Part shown: piece after piece, positions 10,014 to 19,211 of the stretch
Position numbering within the stretch: the stretch's first letter is position 1
Layout of the letters: each line of letters opens with the position of its first letter
Assembly (NCBI GenBank): GCA_963538065.1
Contig: CAUTFL010000003.1
Coordinates: 157-64,156 of the forward strand
Reading direction: 5' to 3'
Origin: an uncultured Candidatus Saccharibacteria bacterium
Lineage (GTDB): Bacteria > Patescibacteriota > Saccharimonadia > Saccharimonadales > Saccharimonadaceae
Length of the DNA stretch: 64,000 bases
The notes under the pieces: generated by a model
What the model was told of the DNA's origin: nothing
Database searches by the model: none
The model's input: only the letters and a program-made list of their open reading frames with translations
Translations under genes and position numbers: made by a program

Positions 10014-10907
10014 TTAATTCTGCTTCTTGAATTTATTCTGCAAAACAAAGATTGTGATTAATACAATAATTGAGGTTATGGCGATGAGATACATGGTATT
10101 AAGTGAGATTTCGTGGGAGAAAAAGGAGATTTTATAGTCGAGGGCGGTTTTAACAGCATCGATAGCTTGAGCTGGAATTTCGGTCTTAGCCATTTCTTGA
10201 AATGGCGCGGTGAGGGCATGATTTTTAATTAGCGACATAAAATAAGTACTTGGCAAAAACATGATACTATCACGGAGTAGAGCGGAGAAATTTGAAATTG
10301 GCATATAAGCCCCACAAATAAAACCATAACCGGCGCTGACGATATTGGCTACGGCACTGAGTTGGCCTTGAGTCTTGAGACCGAAATTTACTACGGAAGC
10401 CAATGCGGTGCCGAAGAAAGAAAGTAGAATAACATCGCCAAACAGTAGCAAGACATCTTTTAGTTCGTAATACCAACAATTTTGAGTGCGAATATAAATT
10501 AAACAAAGTACGAGAGCGACGAGATTAATAATAATCGTGGAAATAAAAGTGGCGGCAAAATAAGCCAGGCTCTTGGTGTGACTTTTAACTGGAGAAACAT
10601 CGATATCTTTTGTACTACCAGTAATCTTATCGTTAACCATCAAAAGATTTGAAGAAAAAGCCACCGTGACACTACAAACCGCGAGGAGACAGGCGAGAAT
10701 TTGCCCATTCACTACAGCATTAATTACGCCCTCTGAGAGTGCGACACCTAAGGCGTCTTGATCAAGGCTATTATGAAAAACGCGGCCAAGAAAAGTCACA
10801 TAAAGAATGAGTAGAATCATTGGCGTGATGAGTGAGGCGAAAAACATCGACTTATCACTAAAGAAGACTTTAACATTGCGAGCAGTGAGGTTGAAGAATT
10901 TTTTCAT
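10014..10907 (-). CDS. ABC-2 type transporter permease
   Basis: About six TMs; overlaps the ATPase gene by 4 nt. Confidence 0.88.
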   Translation of the reverse strand: MKKFFNLTARNVKVFFSDKSMFFASLITPMILLILYVTFLGRVFHNSLDQDALGVALSEGVINAVVNGQILACLLAVCSVTVAFSSNLLMVNDKITGSTKDIDVSPVKSHTKSLAYFAATFISTIIINLVALVLCLIYIRTQNCWYYELKDVLLLFGDVILLSFFGTALASVVNFGLKTQGQLSAVANIVSAGYGFICGAYMPISNFSALLRDSIMFLPSTYFMSLIKNHALTAPFQEMAKTEIPAQAIDAVKTALDYKISFFSHEISLNTMYLIAITSIIVLITIFVLQNKFKKQN

Positions 10908-11860
10908 GATTTTTGCTCCATTTGGGTTTTAGTGGTTTTTGGCTTTGAAATATCGGCGCCTGGCTTACTTTTCGTAACTGCGAGAAAGACATCATCCAGT
11001 GTACTTTTAATTAATTCAAAATCTTGAAAGAGTTCCGGGTATTTAGTAATCAGTTTAGTAACAACTGCTGAATTTTTAACTTTAATTTGGAAGTCTTTAT
11101 GGATTTTTTGATAAGGTAATTTCAGCTTTTTAACTTCTGATTCATCTACGCCATAAAGATGTAAAACATCGGTGGCGTATTGAGTTTTTAATTCGAGCGG
11201 CGTACCCTCAGCAATGATTCTTCCCTTGTCTAAAATCGTGACATAGTCCGCATCGGCAGCTTCTTCCATGTAATGAGTGGTAAGAAAAATCGTCATTTTG
11301 AAATCCTCACGAAGTTTGGAAATAATCCGCCAAACTTTACTGCGAGTACCTGGATCCAGGCCAGTGGTCGGCTCATCAAGAATGAGAATCTTCGGCTGAT
11401 GAATAATAGCACGTGCGATGTCAACACGACGTTTTTGGCCGCCAGAAAGTTTTTGAATTTTCTGATTTTTAATTTCGGCGAGATCAAAAAGTTTTTCCAA
11501 TTCCTGGTAACGAGCTTTGAATTCTTGGCCAAAAATACCGTAGAAGCCAGCGCGGAATTTAAGATTTTCATAAACGGTGAGAGTTTTATCAAGAATGGAA
11601 TCCTGAAAAACCACGCCAATTTGATTTTTAATTTTATCGAGATGAGTGGCAACGTCTTGGCCACAAATAGCAATGCGACCGGAGTCAATCTTCAGGCCAC
11701 CATACATCATGGAGATAGTAGTAGACTTGCCTGCACCATTAATGCCAAGAAAAGCAAAGAGACTGCCTTCATAAACTTCTAAATTAATCTTGCGAACAGC
11801 CTTGGTTTTGCCGAAGCTTTTCTCAAGATTTTCAATTTTAATGATTGTCTGATTGGTCAT
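10904..11860 (-). CDS. ABC transporter ATP-binding protein
   Basis: GINGAGKS, LSGGQ, LDEPT, TTHYMEEA. Confidence 0.95.
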   Translation of the reverse strand: MTNQTIIKIENLEKSFGKTKAVRKINLEVYEGSLFAFLGINGAGKSTTISMMYGGLKIDSGRIAICGQDVATHLDKIKNQIGVVFQDSILDKTLTVYENLKFRAGFYGIFGQEFKARYQELEKLFDLAEIKNQKIQKLSGGQKRRVDIARAIIHQPKILILDEPTTGLDPGTRSKVWRIISKLREDFKMTIFLTTHYMEEAADADYVTILDKGRIIAEGTPLELKTQYATDVLHLYGVDESEVKKLKLPYQKIHKDFQIKVKNSAVVTKLITKYPELFQDFELIKSTLDDVFLAVTKSKPGADISKPKTTKTQMEQKS

Positions 11861-11889
11861 TAATATAATTATATACTAGTTTGAAGTTT

Positions 11890-13644
11890 TTAGACTTTGC
11901 GAGTGAAGTAACCTGGGTGACCATTGGCTGGATCGTCGATGCGGAGCCAGGTTTTGTCGGCGGTCGATGGATCCGGGAGGAAGGAGCCATTTCCACCACG
12001 AAGATTGGTACGCCCAGTAAATATATTGGTAAAATCTGTACCAGCGGAAGTATCGAAATCTTGCTTCACGTAAATTCTTTCGAGTTTATTTATGTATTCA
12101 TTAGCAAACATTTTACTAAAATCGGTGACTTTAGACGTATTAAAATTAGACAAATCTAATGTTCTAAGTTCTGCAGTATGATCAAACATACGTGACATAT
12201 CCTTCACGTTGCTAGTATCAAAATTTGATAAATCAAGTTCTGTAATATTCGCCATTTCTGCAAACATCTTACTCATATCTTCAACTTTAGAAGTATCAAA
12301 ATGAGACAAATCAAGACTTGTAGCTCCGGAGCCATAGAACATATATTGCATATGTTTAACTTTTTGTGTATTAAAATGATGAACATCAAGATTTTTTAAC
12401 TTATGTGTATTCTTAAACATATTACCCATAAACCAGACATTACTAGTATCAAAACTAGAAAGATTTAATTCCTCTATTCCCCAAGCCTCCATAAACATTG
12501 CATTCATATAAATAACATTACGTGTATCAAAGTTGGAGAGATCAAGCTTTGGAGTAGAATTTTTATAAAACATCCTACCCATATTTGTAACATTACTGGT
12601 GTTAAATTTGGAAAAATCAATTTCCTTGGTTCCATAAAGGTTACTAAACATATCGTAGGTGCTAGTAACTTTACTGGAATCAAATGGCGTTAAATCTATT
12701 TTTTCATAATCTACAGAGGCAAACATAGATTTACAATCAGGATTAAGATAGATTTTTTCAGCCTCACTGTAATAATAAAAAGTTTCACTAGCTTCATCTA
12801 CCCAGCCTAAGAATGGATAGTCGGAGGTTTCGTCAACTTCCAAATGTACTGTATTAACCCCCTCGGGTGGAGCCACTAGACTACGTTCAAAGTGTTTAAT
12901 ATCACGAGTGGGGGCTAATCTCCATACTGTATTCCTAAAGTCCTCACCTTTTATAAGATTTACTTCGGTCGGATATTCATTAGTAACCGTGGAAAAAATC
13001 ACTTTGTTTTGATAGGTGCCAGTAGGAAGATTATTCCCTAGCTTGATGCCAATAGCAAAACAAAGATCATCACCCTCAGAATCGGTAGCACTACTAAAAC
13101 TAGAGTGGGTATTATGTATTGAACTACTAACTAAATCAAGCGGATCCCAACCTTCGGGTTCTTCGTCTGGACTCTCTTTTCTGCAATCAATACTACCAGC
13201 AAAAGTATTTTCACCAATATCGGCTAAGTGTTCGATTACCCGTTCATTGGAAATCATATTAATAGATGCGGTATTCGAAGAGTCATTAATGTCCGTAAAA
13301 GCGGTTTTCTCGACATCAATATATGTCGTCGCACCAGTAACATTGTTGGTTTTCACATTGTAATAATTAGGTATGCTAATCACGTGATTTGGTTTACTTA
13401 AAATATCGCTACTATGTAGCTCGATATTCGAGGCAGATAACAAAGAAACCGACAGCGTAGGCGTCGGTTTCAGGGCATAAGATAGTCGTACTTCAAATAA
13501 TAAATTGGATAATACCAGTGAAAAAATAAGTATCGTGATTTTGAAGAAAGTATCTTGGGAGAGAAAAAGTTTTTCAAAACTGTTAACGAAGAACGAAAGG
13601 ACTCGAACCCCGGTGATACTTAATTTTTTCACACATGTAATCAT
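11890..13644 (-). CDS. BspA/DUF285-like leucine-rich repeat surface protein
   Basis: About eight ~25-aa repeats LDLSxFDTSxVxxMxxMF; N-terminal hydrophobic segment. Confidence 0.9.
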   Translation of the reverse strand: MITCVKKLSITGVRVLSFFVNSFEKLFLSQDTFFKITILIFSLVLSNLLFEVRLSYALKPTPTLSVSLLSASNIELHSSDILSKPNHVISIPNYYNVKTNNVTGATTYIDVEKTAFTDINDSSNTASINMISNERVIEHLADIGENTFAGSIDCRKESPDEEPEGWDPLDLVSSSIHNTHSSFSSATDSEGDDLCFAIGIKLGNNLPTGTYQNKVIFSTVTNEYPTEVNLIKGEDFRNTVWRLAPTRDIKHFERSLVAPPEGVNTVHLEVDETSDYPFLGWVDEASETFYYYSEAEKIYLNPDCKSMFASVDYEKIDLTPFDSSKVTSTYDMFSNLYGTKEIDFSKFNTSNVTNMGRMFYKNSTPKLDLSNFDTRNVIYMNAMFMEAWGIEELNLSSFDTSNVWFMGNMFKNTHKLKNLDVHHFNTQKVKHMQYMFYGSGATSLDLSHFDTSKVEDMSKMFAEMANITELDLSNFDTSNVKDMSRMFDHTAELRTLDLSNFNTSKVTDFSKMFANEYINKLERIYVKQDFDTSAGTDFTNIFTGRTNLRGGNGSFLPDPSTADKTWLRIDDPANGHPGYFTRKV

Positions 13645-13889
13645 AACATAAGTTTAATAGTTTATGCAATTGTTTTATTTACAACAACTACGTCTTCTAC
13701 TTTTTCTCTCCTTCTTTAACCTTAGTATAGCATAAACATTTTAAAAATACAGGTTAAATTCAGATTATGAGTGGTGGAATTTGTAAGATGAATTTTGTAA
13801 GATTGTGGGTATATTTTAGAACTCAACACAACTCTTGAGGCTAGCCGATTTTGCTTTTTACCGAGTTAGTGATAGAATAAAAATAACTT

Positions 13890-13966
13890 GGCGCCATAGC
13901 TCAGCTGGATAGAGCAGGAGACTTCTAAGCTCAAGGTCATAGGTTCGAACCCTATTGGCGCTACCA
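13890..13966 (+). tRNA. tRNA-Arg(TCT)
   Basis: Cloverleaf GGCGCCA...TGGCGCT-A-CCA, anticodon loop CTTCTAA, T-loop TTCGAAC. Confidence 0.93.
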
Positions 13967-14911
13967 ATTTTTATAAGTATGTTTGACGTACGGCTTGCGA
14001 GCGTACGTTTTTTTATCGGAAATTTCGAGATAGGTGAGATAAGTGGGATAAAAAACATTGAGCTTTTCAAGCAAACCAAGGTGAGCATGAAAAGTAGTGA
14101 CCGGCCCAACTACGATTAGTTTATCGTCATAAGTTTTCAAGGTATGACGACATGCGCCCGAAAAAAGTTTCTTGGTGGGAGAAATAATTCCCTTTTGATT
14201 ACGCCAAAATTCGTCGAGTACGGGCGGGACAATGCCATTATGCATATGTCCAGATAAAATATAATCAAAAGGCTGCAAAAGAAATTCTATATCTGGGGTC
14301 TGGAGATAAGTCGGAGCATGAATGAGAGCGAATTTCAATTTATCGACAGGTGGCTCTGGAAGATTCACTAGGGTTTTCGTAAGATCTTCGAGCTGGGCTT
14401 CGGCATTTTCAGCAAAATTCACCCCATCTTCGGTGTAATAAGATTTTTTCTGGGTGTAACCAAAACAGAAAATATCATCATCTTGGTAGATTTCATCATC
14501 GAGCAAAACTAGATTTGGCACCTCGCGAAGAGATTTAAGGAATTCCTCATCGCGCACGATATGCCAGCCTTTTTTATTTTCAGGAATGCGATAAAAATCA
14601 TGGTTACCAAGACTGACAATCATTTTGCGAACGGAAGAAATAGCCGTGAGATTTTTTAAAAAACTAAGAAAACGTTCGCGCTCACTGAGAGAATCCACGC
14701 ATTCCAAAGTATCGATGAGATCCCCAGGCATAAAAATATAATCTGGACGAGCCTGCTCAAATTGTTTAATAATAGCGCGGAGTTTAAGATTTTTCACGAG
14801 CTTAGAAAAATGAATATCAGAAATCACCGCGATTTTCAGAGACTTAGATTGACCAGAAAAAAGCGGTGTTTTGCGATAAAGTTTGTAGGTAGTTTCTTGA
14901 AAAATTTTCAC
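13961..14911 (-). CDS. Calcineurin-like metallophosphoesterase
   Basis: SDIH, GDLID, GNHD, HAP and GHMH motifs. Confidence 0.92.
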   Translation of the reverse strand: MKIFQETTYKLYRKTPLFSGQSKSLKIAVISDIHFSKLVKNLKLRAIIKQFEQARPDYIFMPGDLIDTLECVDSLSERERFLSFLKNLTAISSVRKMIVSLGNHDFYRIPENKKGWHIVRDEEFLKSLREVPNLVLLDDEIYQDDDIFCFGYTQKKSYYTEDGVNFAENAEAQLEDLTKTLVNLPEPPVDKLKFALIHAPTYLQTPDIEFLLQPFDYILSGHMHNGIVPPVLDEFWRNQKGIISPTKKLFSGACRHTLKTYDDKLIVVGPVTTFHAHLGLLEKLNVFYPTYLTYLEISDKKTYARKPYVKHTYKNW

Positions 14912-14920
14912 TCGAAAGAA

Positions 14921-15781
14921 TTATTTAGTTTTAATCAAGCGGTAGTAAATACTTGGCGCAAAACGCACGGAAGCGAGTGGACCTTGAACGGCTTTTTCGA
15001 GCTTGATGAGGGCCTTGGTGCTAAAAATTTTCTTCATGGTACGACTGCGGAAATTCGAAACCGAGAGCACATCCATGATTTCAAAACCAGTTTTCTTAAA
15101 AAGATCCTCGACATAGGCTGGGTGATAATTATAAAAACCGTCCTTATCAATTTCCTTTAAGTTCGATGGCTGTTTATCAAATGGATTGACAGAAGAGCGC
15201 TTGAACCAATAGCGGAACATCTTTGGAAGCGTACGCTTATTCGCGACTTCAATAACGGCTACACCACCCGGTTCAAGAATGCGGTTAAGTTCACGAAGAA
15301 CTTGCTCGAGATTTTCGAAGTGATGAGTGGCACGGACCATGAGTAGGGCGGAAAATTCACCATCAGAAAATGGAGTCTTATAGATGTCACCCTGAACAGT
15401 ATGAAGCTTATCACCAAATTCTTCATTAGCTTGCTCAAGATTAAGTTTGGAATAATCAAATAGAGTAGCGCGCTTAGCACGTGGCAAATATTCATTGGCA
15501 AGGCGACCATATCCACCACAAATATCGACAAAATTATCCATATTTTTCGGTAATAGACGGCGAATCGCAGTACGGTCGGCAAGATCCTCATACTCACGCC
15601 CAGAATCTTCCCAGAAAACTTTCTTGTAATTATAGCCATTATAATCAGAGATGACCTTGTGATCAGACTTGGTATTCTTGGCAGTGACAGAAGCATCCTT
15701 GGTGGTAGCAGATTTTTTCATAGAATTAGTATCCTTGGTAGATTTTGCAGTCTTTGCAGTCTTGTTTGATGTCTTATTCAT
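14921..15781 (-). CDS. Class I SAM-dependent methyltransferase
   Basis: VDICGGYG motif I, GDI and ILEPGG; Lys/Thr-rich N-terminal extension. Confidence 0.9.
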   Translation of the reverse strand: MNKTSNKTAKTAKSTKDTNSMKKSATTKDASVTAKNTKSDHKVISDYNGYNYKKVFWEDSGREYEDLADRTAIRRLLPKNMDNFVDICGGYGRLANEYLPRAKRATLFDYSKLNLEQANEEFGDKLHTVQGDIYKTPFSDGEFSALLMVRATHHFENLEQVLRELNRILEPGGVAVIEVANKRTLPKMFRYWFKRSSVNPFDKQPSNLKEIDKDGFYNYHPAYVEDLFKKTGFEIMDVLSVSNFRSRTMKKIFSTKALIKLEKAVQGPLASVRFAPSIYYRLIKTK

Positions 15782-15801
15782 AGTTCCTATTTTACCATTT
15801 A

Positions 15802-17505
15802 TTATTTATCTTGTTTCTGATTTTGAGGTGAATTTTCTGATTCACCTTCTAGCTCGCTTGGCTTCTCAGGTTTTGGCAACATTTTAACATTCTTAAAAAT
15901 CAGACTACTCACTTTTTCGAAAATCGGCACGACTTCCGAAAGATTAAATAGGAAACTCGATATTAAATAAACCAGACCAGCAAAAACAGAAATTAAAATA
16001 AATTTCGGAATGGTACTGATAATCGAATTATCAGTGGCGCGCAATGGGAAAAGTTTAGTCATAAAATAAGCAGCAATCGCAGTAAAAAAGCTGGCGACCA
16101 ACATACGGAAAATGGCTAACCAAAAAGTCTTATCGAGCAGTTGGAATTTGGCACGAGCATTAAGGATGGTGAGAAGAATAATGATTTCAGCTAAAGCGCC
16201 GATAGATTGCGCCCAGCCCAGGCCGTCCGGACCAAAACCGGTAATGGCAAAAATAACCGAAAGCGCCATAGTAAAACCAACGGCAAAAATACTAACCACA
16301 AACGGCGTCTTGGTATCTTGCCTAGCATAAAAACCGCGGGAGGCGATATGGAAAATTGACTGAGCAAAAATCGCGACAACGAGCGAACCGAGCACGCTTG
16401 CGATTATTGGGTTACCGCTATTTTTAATAAAACTAACGATGTAACCACGAGCAAAAAAGGCGATCACGGAGACTGGCAACGAAATCCAGATAATCATCCG
16501 AAGCGCACGGCGGAAAGTGCCGTTAAATTCGGAGGAATCTTCATTGACTTGCTCGGTTAATTTCGGGAAGAAGGCCGTAGAAATCGCGACACCGATGAGG
16601 TTAACCGGCATTTGATGAAGACTATTAGCCTGCTGGAAGGCGCGCAGAGTGCCGGTGCCCATGCGAGAAGAAAGATTGGTGGCGAGAATGGAATAAACAT
16701 AATCAATTCCCTGGTCGAGCGAACGGGCTGGAAGTAATTTTAAGACAGAACGGAAGCCGTGATTTTTCCAATAGATCTTGAATTGATAATCAAAACCAAG
16801 ACCAAAGAGACCGATGAGACTGACAAAAATCTGCAATAAGGCACCGAAGACCACACCGAGCGCCACACCCATGATGCCACCCTCGAAAATTTGTATGCCG
16901 AAGAGATTAATCCCATTAGTAAAAACCGTGATGCCGATGAGAATACCGATATTATAGAGAGCTGGTGCGAGTGAGTAAAAGACGAAACGTCCGACCGCCT
17001 GCTGAACAGAGTTCAGTACCGTGGCAATACTGAACAGAAATGGGTTAATCGCGATCACGCGGGTCATATTGATGGCGAGAATAGTGCCAGACTCATCGAG
17101 ACCCGGACCGACGATGTAGCGAATCAGAGGATCCGCAAAAATCATAATAAAAATACTGGCAATAAAAGTCACTAGTGCCATAAGATTCAAAGTGGAGGTG
17201 GAAAGCTCCCAGGCAGATTTTTTATTACCAGAAGAAAGACGCTGATTAAAGACTGGAACAAAGCTGACGGCTAGGGCGCCAGAAGTAAGAATAAAAAACA
17301 TAAAATCTGGAATTGTGAAAGCAGCAGTATAGGCATCCACACCAGTCGGATAAGTGTCAAGATAATAGGAGTTGAGTAAGCGGTCGCGGAAAATGCCGAG
17401 CAGCGCGGAAATCAAAGTGGAAACACTCAATAAAATAGCAGCATATTTGATGCTAAGTTTACTGTTCGCCATAGCGACGACGGAGCGAAATTGAATTTTT
17501 TTCAT
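15802..17505 (-). CDS. murJ: Lipid II flippase MurJ/MviN
   Basis: LLGIFRD, DAYTAAFTIPD, GALAVSFVPVF, FYARQDTKTP; about 14 TMs. Confidence 0.93.
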   Translation of the reverse strand: MKKIQFRSVVAMANSKLSIKYAAILLSVSTLISALLGIFRDRLLNSYYLDTYPTGVDAYTAAFTIPDFMFFILTSGALAVSFVPVFNQRLSSGNKKSAWELSTSTLNLMALVTFIASIFIMIFADPLIRYIVGPGLDESGTILAINMTRVIAINPFLFSIATVLNSVQQAVGRFVFYSLAPALYNIGILIGITVFTNGINLFGIQIFEGGIMGVALGVVFGALLQIFVSLIGLFGLGFDYQFKIYWKNHGFRSVLKLLPARSLDQGIDYVYSILATNLSSRMGTGTLRAFQQANSLHQMPVNLIGVAISTAFFPKLTEQVNEDSSEFNGTFRRALRMIIWISLPVSVIAFFARGYIVSFIKNSGNPIIASVLGSLVVAIFAQSIFHIASRGFYARQDTKTPFVVSIFAVGFTMALSVIFAITGFGPDGLGWAQSIGALAEIIILLTILNARAKFQLLDKTFWLAIFRMLVASFFTAIAAYFMTKLFPLRATDNSIISTIPKFILISVFAGLVYLISSFLFNLSEVVPIFEKVSSLIFKNVKMLPKPEKPSELEGESENSPQNQKQDK

Positions 17506-17531
17506 CTATAAATAATTATATCGTATTTATG

Positions 17532-18047
17532 CTAAAAATGACGATATGATTCGGTAGTTTCGCGTTCAGCCATTTTATTGATACGGCGATAACGCTTAGA
17601 AAGACGTAGGCTGAAAAATTCCGTAACGGCACAGATTTTGTCCGCGACAGTAACTACCCAAGCTTCACGAGATTTTGGAAAAACCTTGCCGAGTGGGAAC
17701 ATGTGAGACTCGATGATATTCTCTTCTTTAGCATTAATATCGAAGTCGCGCTTAGCGTTCGATGCAGCGATAATTGGATGAATATAGGCGTGGCCCTTTG
17801 GCATATCACCGATATTGTGCCAATCATAAAGGAAATAATCGTGCAAAAGTGCACCCTTAACGAGAGATTTATAAGAAAATTTCATCGGGAAAAAGCGGGC
17901 AATTTTCACGCTCATAATAGCGACGTGAACGGAATGATCATAGGTCGTAAAACATCCATGCTGAAAAAAAGTGCGTTCGATTTGCATATTTTCCGATTCA
18001 AGAATTTTGCGACCATATCTATTGACTAGACGGTTTGTTTTACTCAT
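17532..18047 (-). CDS. HD-domain phosphohydrolase
   Basis: HSVHVA, ALLHDYFLYDW, HMFP, VADK. Confidence 0.9.
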   Translation of the reverse strand: MSKTNRLVNRYGRKILESENMQIERTFFQHGCFTTYDHSVHVAIMSVKIARFFPMKFSYKSLVKGALLHDYFLYDWHNIGDMPKGHAYIHPIIAASNAKRDFDINAKEENIIESHMFPLGKVFPKSREAWVVTVADKICAVTEFFSLRLSKRYRRINKMAERETTESYRHF

Positions 18048-18218
18048 TTAGGTTATTTTACCATAAATTGGATGATTTTGAAAGCGTTTTGGTATATTTT
18101 ATTTTTTATGTTATAATAAAGATATCAGAGTATTTTAGAATACTCATGATTTTTGTTTTGTTATTTAAAACAAAAAGTTCCTTACCAAAAGGTTTATTTA
18201 TTGCGATTATGAAAGGGG

Positions 18219-18719
18219 GTGTATGAATTGGATTTCGTACATTATGATTTAGGTTTTCTTGAAGAAGGCACAAGGGTTGCCGTTTCTCTTGACACAGCTG
18301 CAAATGTGTGCGTCCTAGATACTGCCAACTATATGTCGTATGAAAGCGGCTATTCATTTCAATACCTAGGTGGGTATGTCACTCATAGTCCATACTATGC
18401 CACTATCCCGAAATATGGACATTGGCATGTCGCCATTGATTTGGGTGGATATGGAGGGTATATCGGTTCGAGTGTTAAGATCATACCGCCAGAAAAAACT
18501 GAGGTCGGACTTACTTTTATGGGTTATCCAGCTATGAAATATCCCAATAAAAAGAAGCCACATCAATTTACCGACTACTTGTTCGGTGGAGCCAACGGAG
18601 TGCCAGATGGGCCTGGACACGGCCATGCGATCATTCAGAATTTAACTGGAAATATCGTTATGCTGAGAGAACCAAATACTGACGAGCCAGTCATATGGGA
18701 TAAAAGTATATGTCCATAA
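18219..18719 (+). CDS. DUF1883-like N-terminal domain fused to a PDG-x-x-HGH domain
   Basis: YDLG..AANV...Y.GG...SP...IP..GHWHVAIDLGG pattern recalled for DUF1883. Confidence 0.7.
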   Translation: MYELDFVHYDLGFLEEGTRVAVSLDTAANVCVLDTANYMSYESGYSFQYLGGYVTHSPYYATIPKYGHWHVAIDLGGYGGYIGSSVKIIPPEKTEVGLTFMGYPAMKYPNKKKPHQFTDYLFGGANGVPDGPGHGHAIIQNLTGNIVMLREPNTDEPVIWDKSICP

Positions 18720-18764
18720 TTCTTGAAAACCGCTTCATTGAGGAGTATTTTATACTCCTCTTTT

Positions 18765-19097
18765 TTATGGTTTCATTTCAAAAATAGAATACATTCCAAA
18801 TAGGTATTTAGAGATTTCGTCATCCGCATCGCTTGCGTTTTCTAAGGTCTCAATTCTTCTTGGGATAGCTTCTAAATTATCAAACCCTTCTTCACGGTAA
18901 TATTCAACCTCAGCCTCAACACCATGATGGGAATAAGTGTTCACTAGTAGGTATTTTTTATTAGTAGACTGATTTTTGATAACCCAGAAAAACTCGCCTC
19001 TTCCAAATGCGCCGTCTACTTCCACTAGGTAATCATCCATCGGCAATTGATATTTTGATATAATGTTACTTAATTTTGATTCAGTCATCTCCCACAT
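18765..19097 (-). CDS. Hypothetical acidic protein
   Basis: 110-aa ORF with GGAG RBS in an AT-rich patch; exact start uncertain. Confidence 0.75.
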   Translation of the reverse strand: MWEMTESKLSNIISKYQLPMDDYLVEVDGAFGRGEFFWVIKNQSTNKKYLLVNTYSHHGVEAEVEYYREEGFDNLEAIPRRIETLENASDADDEISKYLFGMYSIFEMKP

Positions 19098-19211
19098 CTC
19101 AATACTCCATCTACTTACAAGTTATATATTATATATAGTGCGTCTATTATAAAATTGCAAGTTACTAAACTTTATACGACTGATGTCTAAATTAGTTTCT
19201 CAAGTGTAGTA

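Noticed and set aside
11890..13889. Diversity-generating retroelement target or template near the BspA-like gene
   Set aside because: No reverse transcriptase and no adenine-specific TR/VR pair seen
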